The notes under the pieces were generated by a model, which worked only from the letters and a program-made list of their open reading frames with translations, ran no database searches and was not told the origin of the DNA. Below, piece by piece: positions 63,871-64,000 of a stretch of 64,000 nucleotides of DNA; position 1 is the stretch's first letter, and every line of letters starts with the position of its first letter. Both the position numbers and the translations under genes were made by a program. Origin of the DNA: Takakia lepidozioides (Eukaryota > Plantae > Bryophyta); contig CM060734.1 of assembly GCA_030704615.1 (NCBI GenBank), forward strand, positions 60,264,001 through 60,328,000, in the 5' to 3' direction.

Positions 63871-64000
63871 GACATCCGCGGAATTGGAATTTTCCTGCCT
63901 TTATTGACGGTGTTATGTCCTCTTACCTCGGTAATAGGGTCTGTTTCTCCTGGTCCTGGATGCGGAATGAGGTATTTCGGCGCCGTTATTCCCAAGAGCA

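Overview
Eukaryotic nuclear DNA from a non-seed land plant, probably a bryophyte (inferred from spliceosomal genes and an intron-less mitochondrial rps19-rps3 insert). The left ~27 kb holds three spliced minus-strand host genes: a P-type PPR gene running off the window start, a type II metacaspase with a very long repetitive linker, and a ~15-exon SWC4/DMAP1 homologue whose introns carry a near-full-length APE-RT LINE and several LINE fragments. The right ~36 kb is a nested retrotransposon block. Its main feature is a Ty3/gypsy LTR retrotransposon whose polyprotein reads Gag(ZnF)-protease-DNMT3-like C5 cytosine methyltransferase-RT-RNase H-integrase-PHD finger. It occurs as a near-complete copy (31595-38997), an internally deleted copy (59499-63808) and a decayed gag-PR copy (29850-31594). 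Its 3' terminus has an A-B-A layout, and B is a set of hairpins with compensatory changes across three diverged copies. A second LTR family, with a long accessory ORF and tandem arrays, lies as scrambled fragments of alternating orientation at 39498-52970. A 500-N gap (38998-39497) hides the 5' end of the main element. All calls were made by eye; no searches were run.
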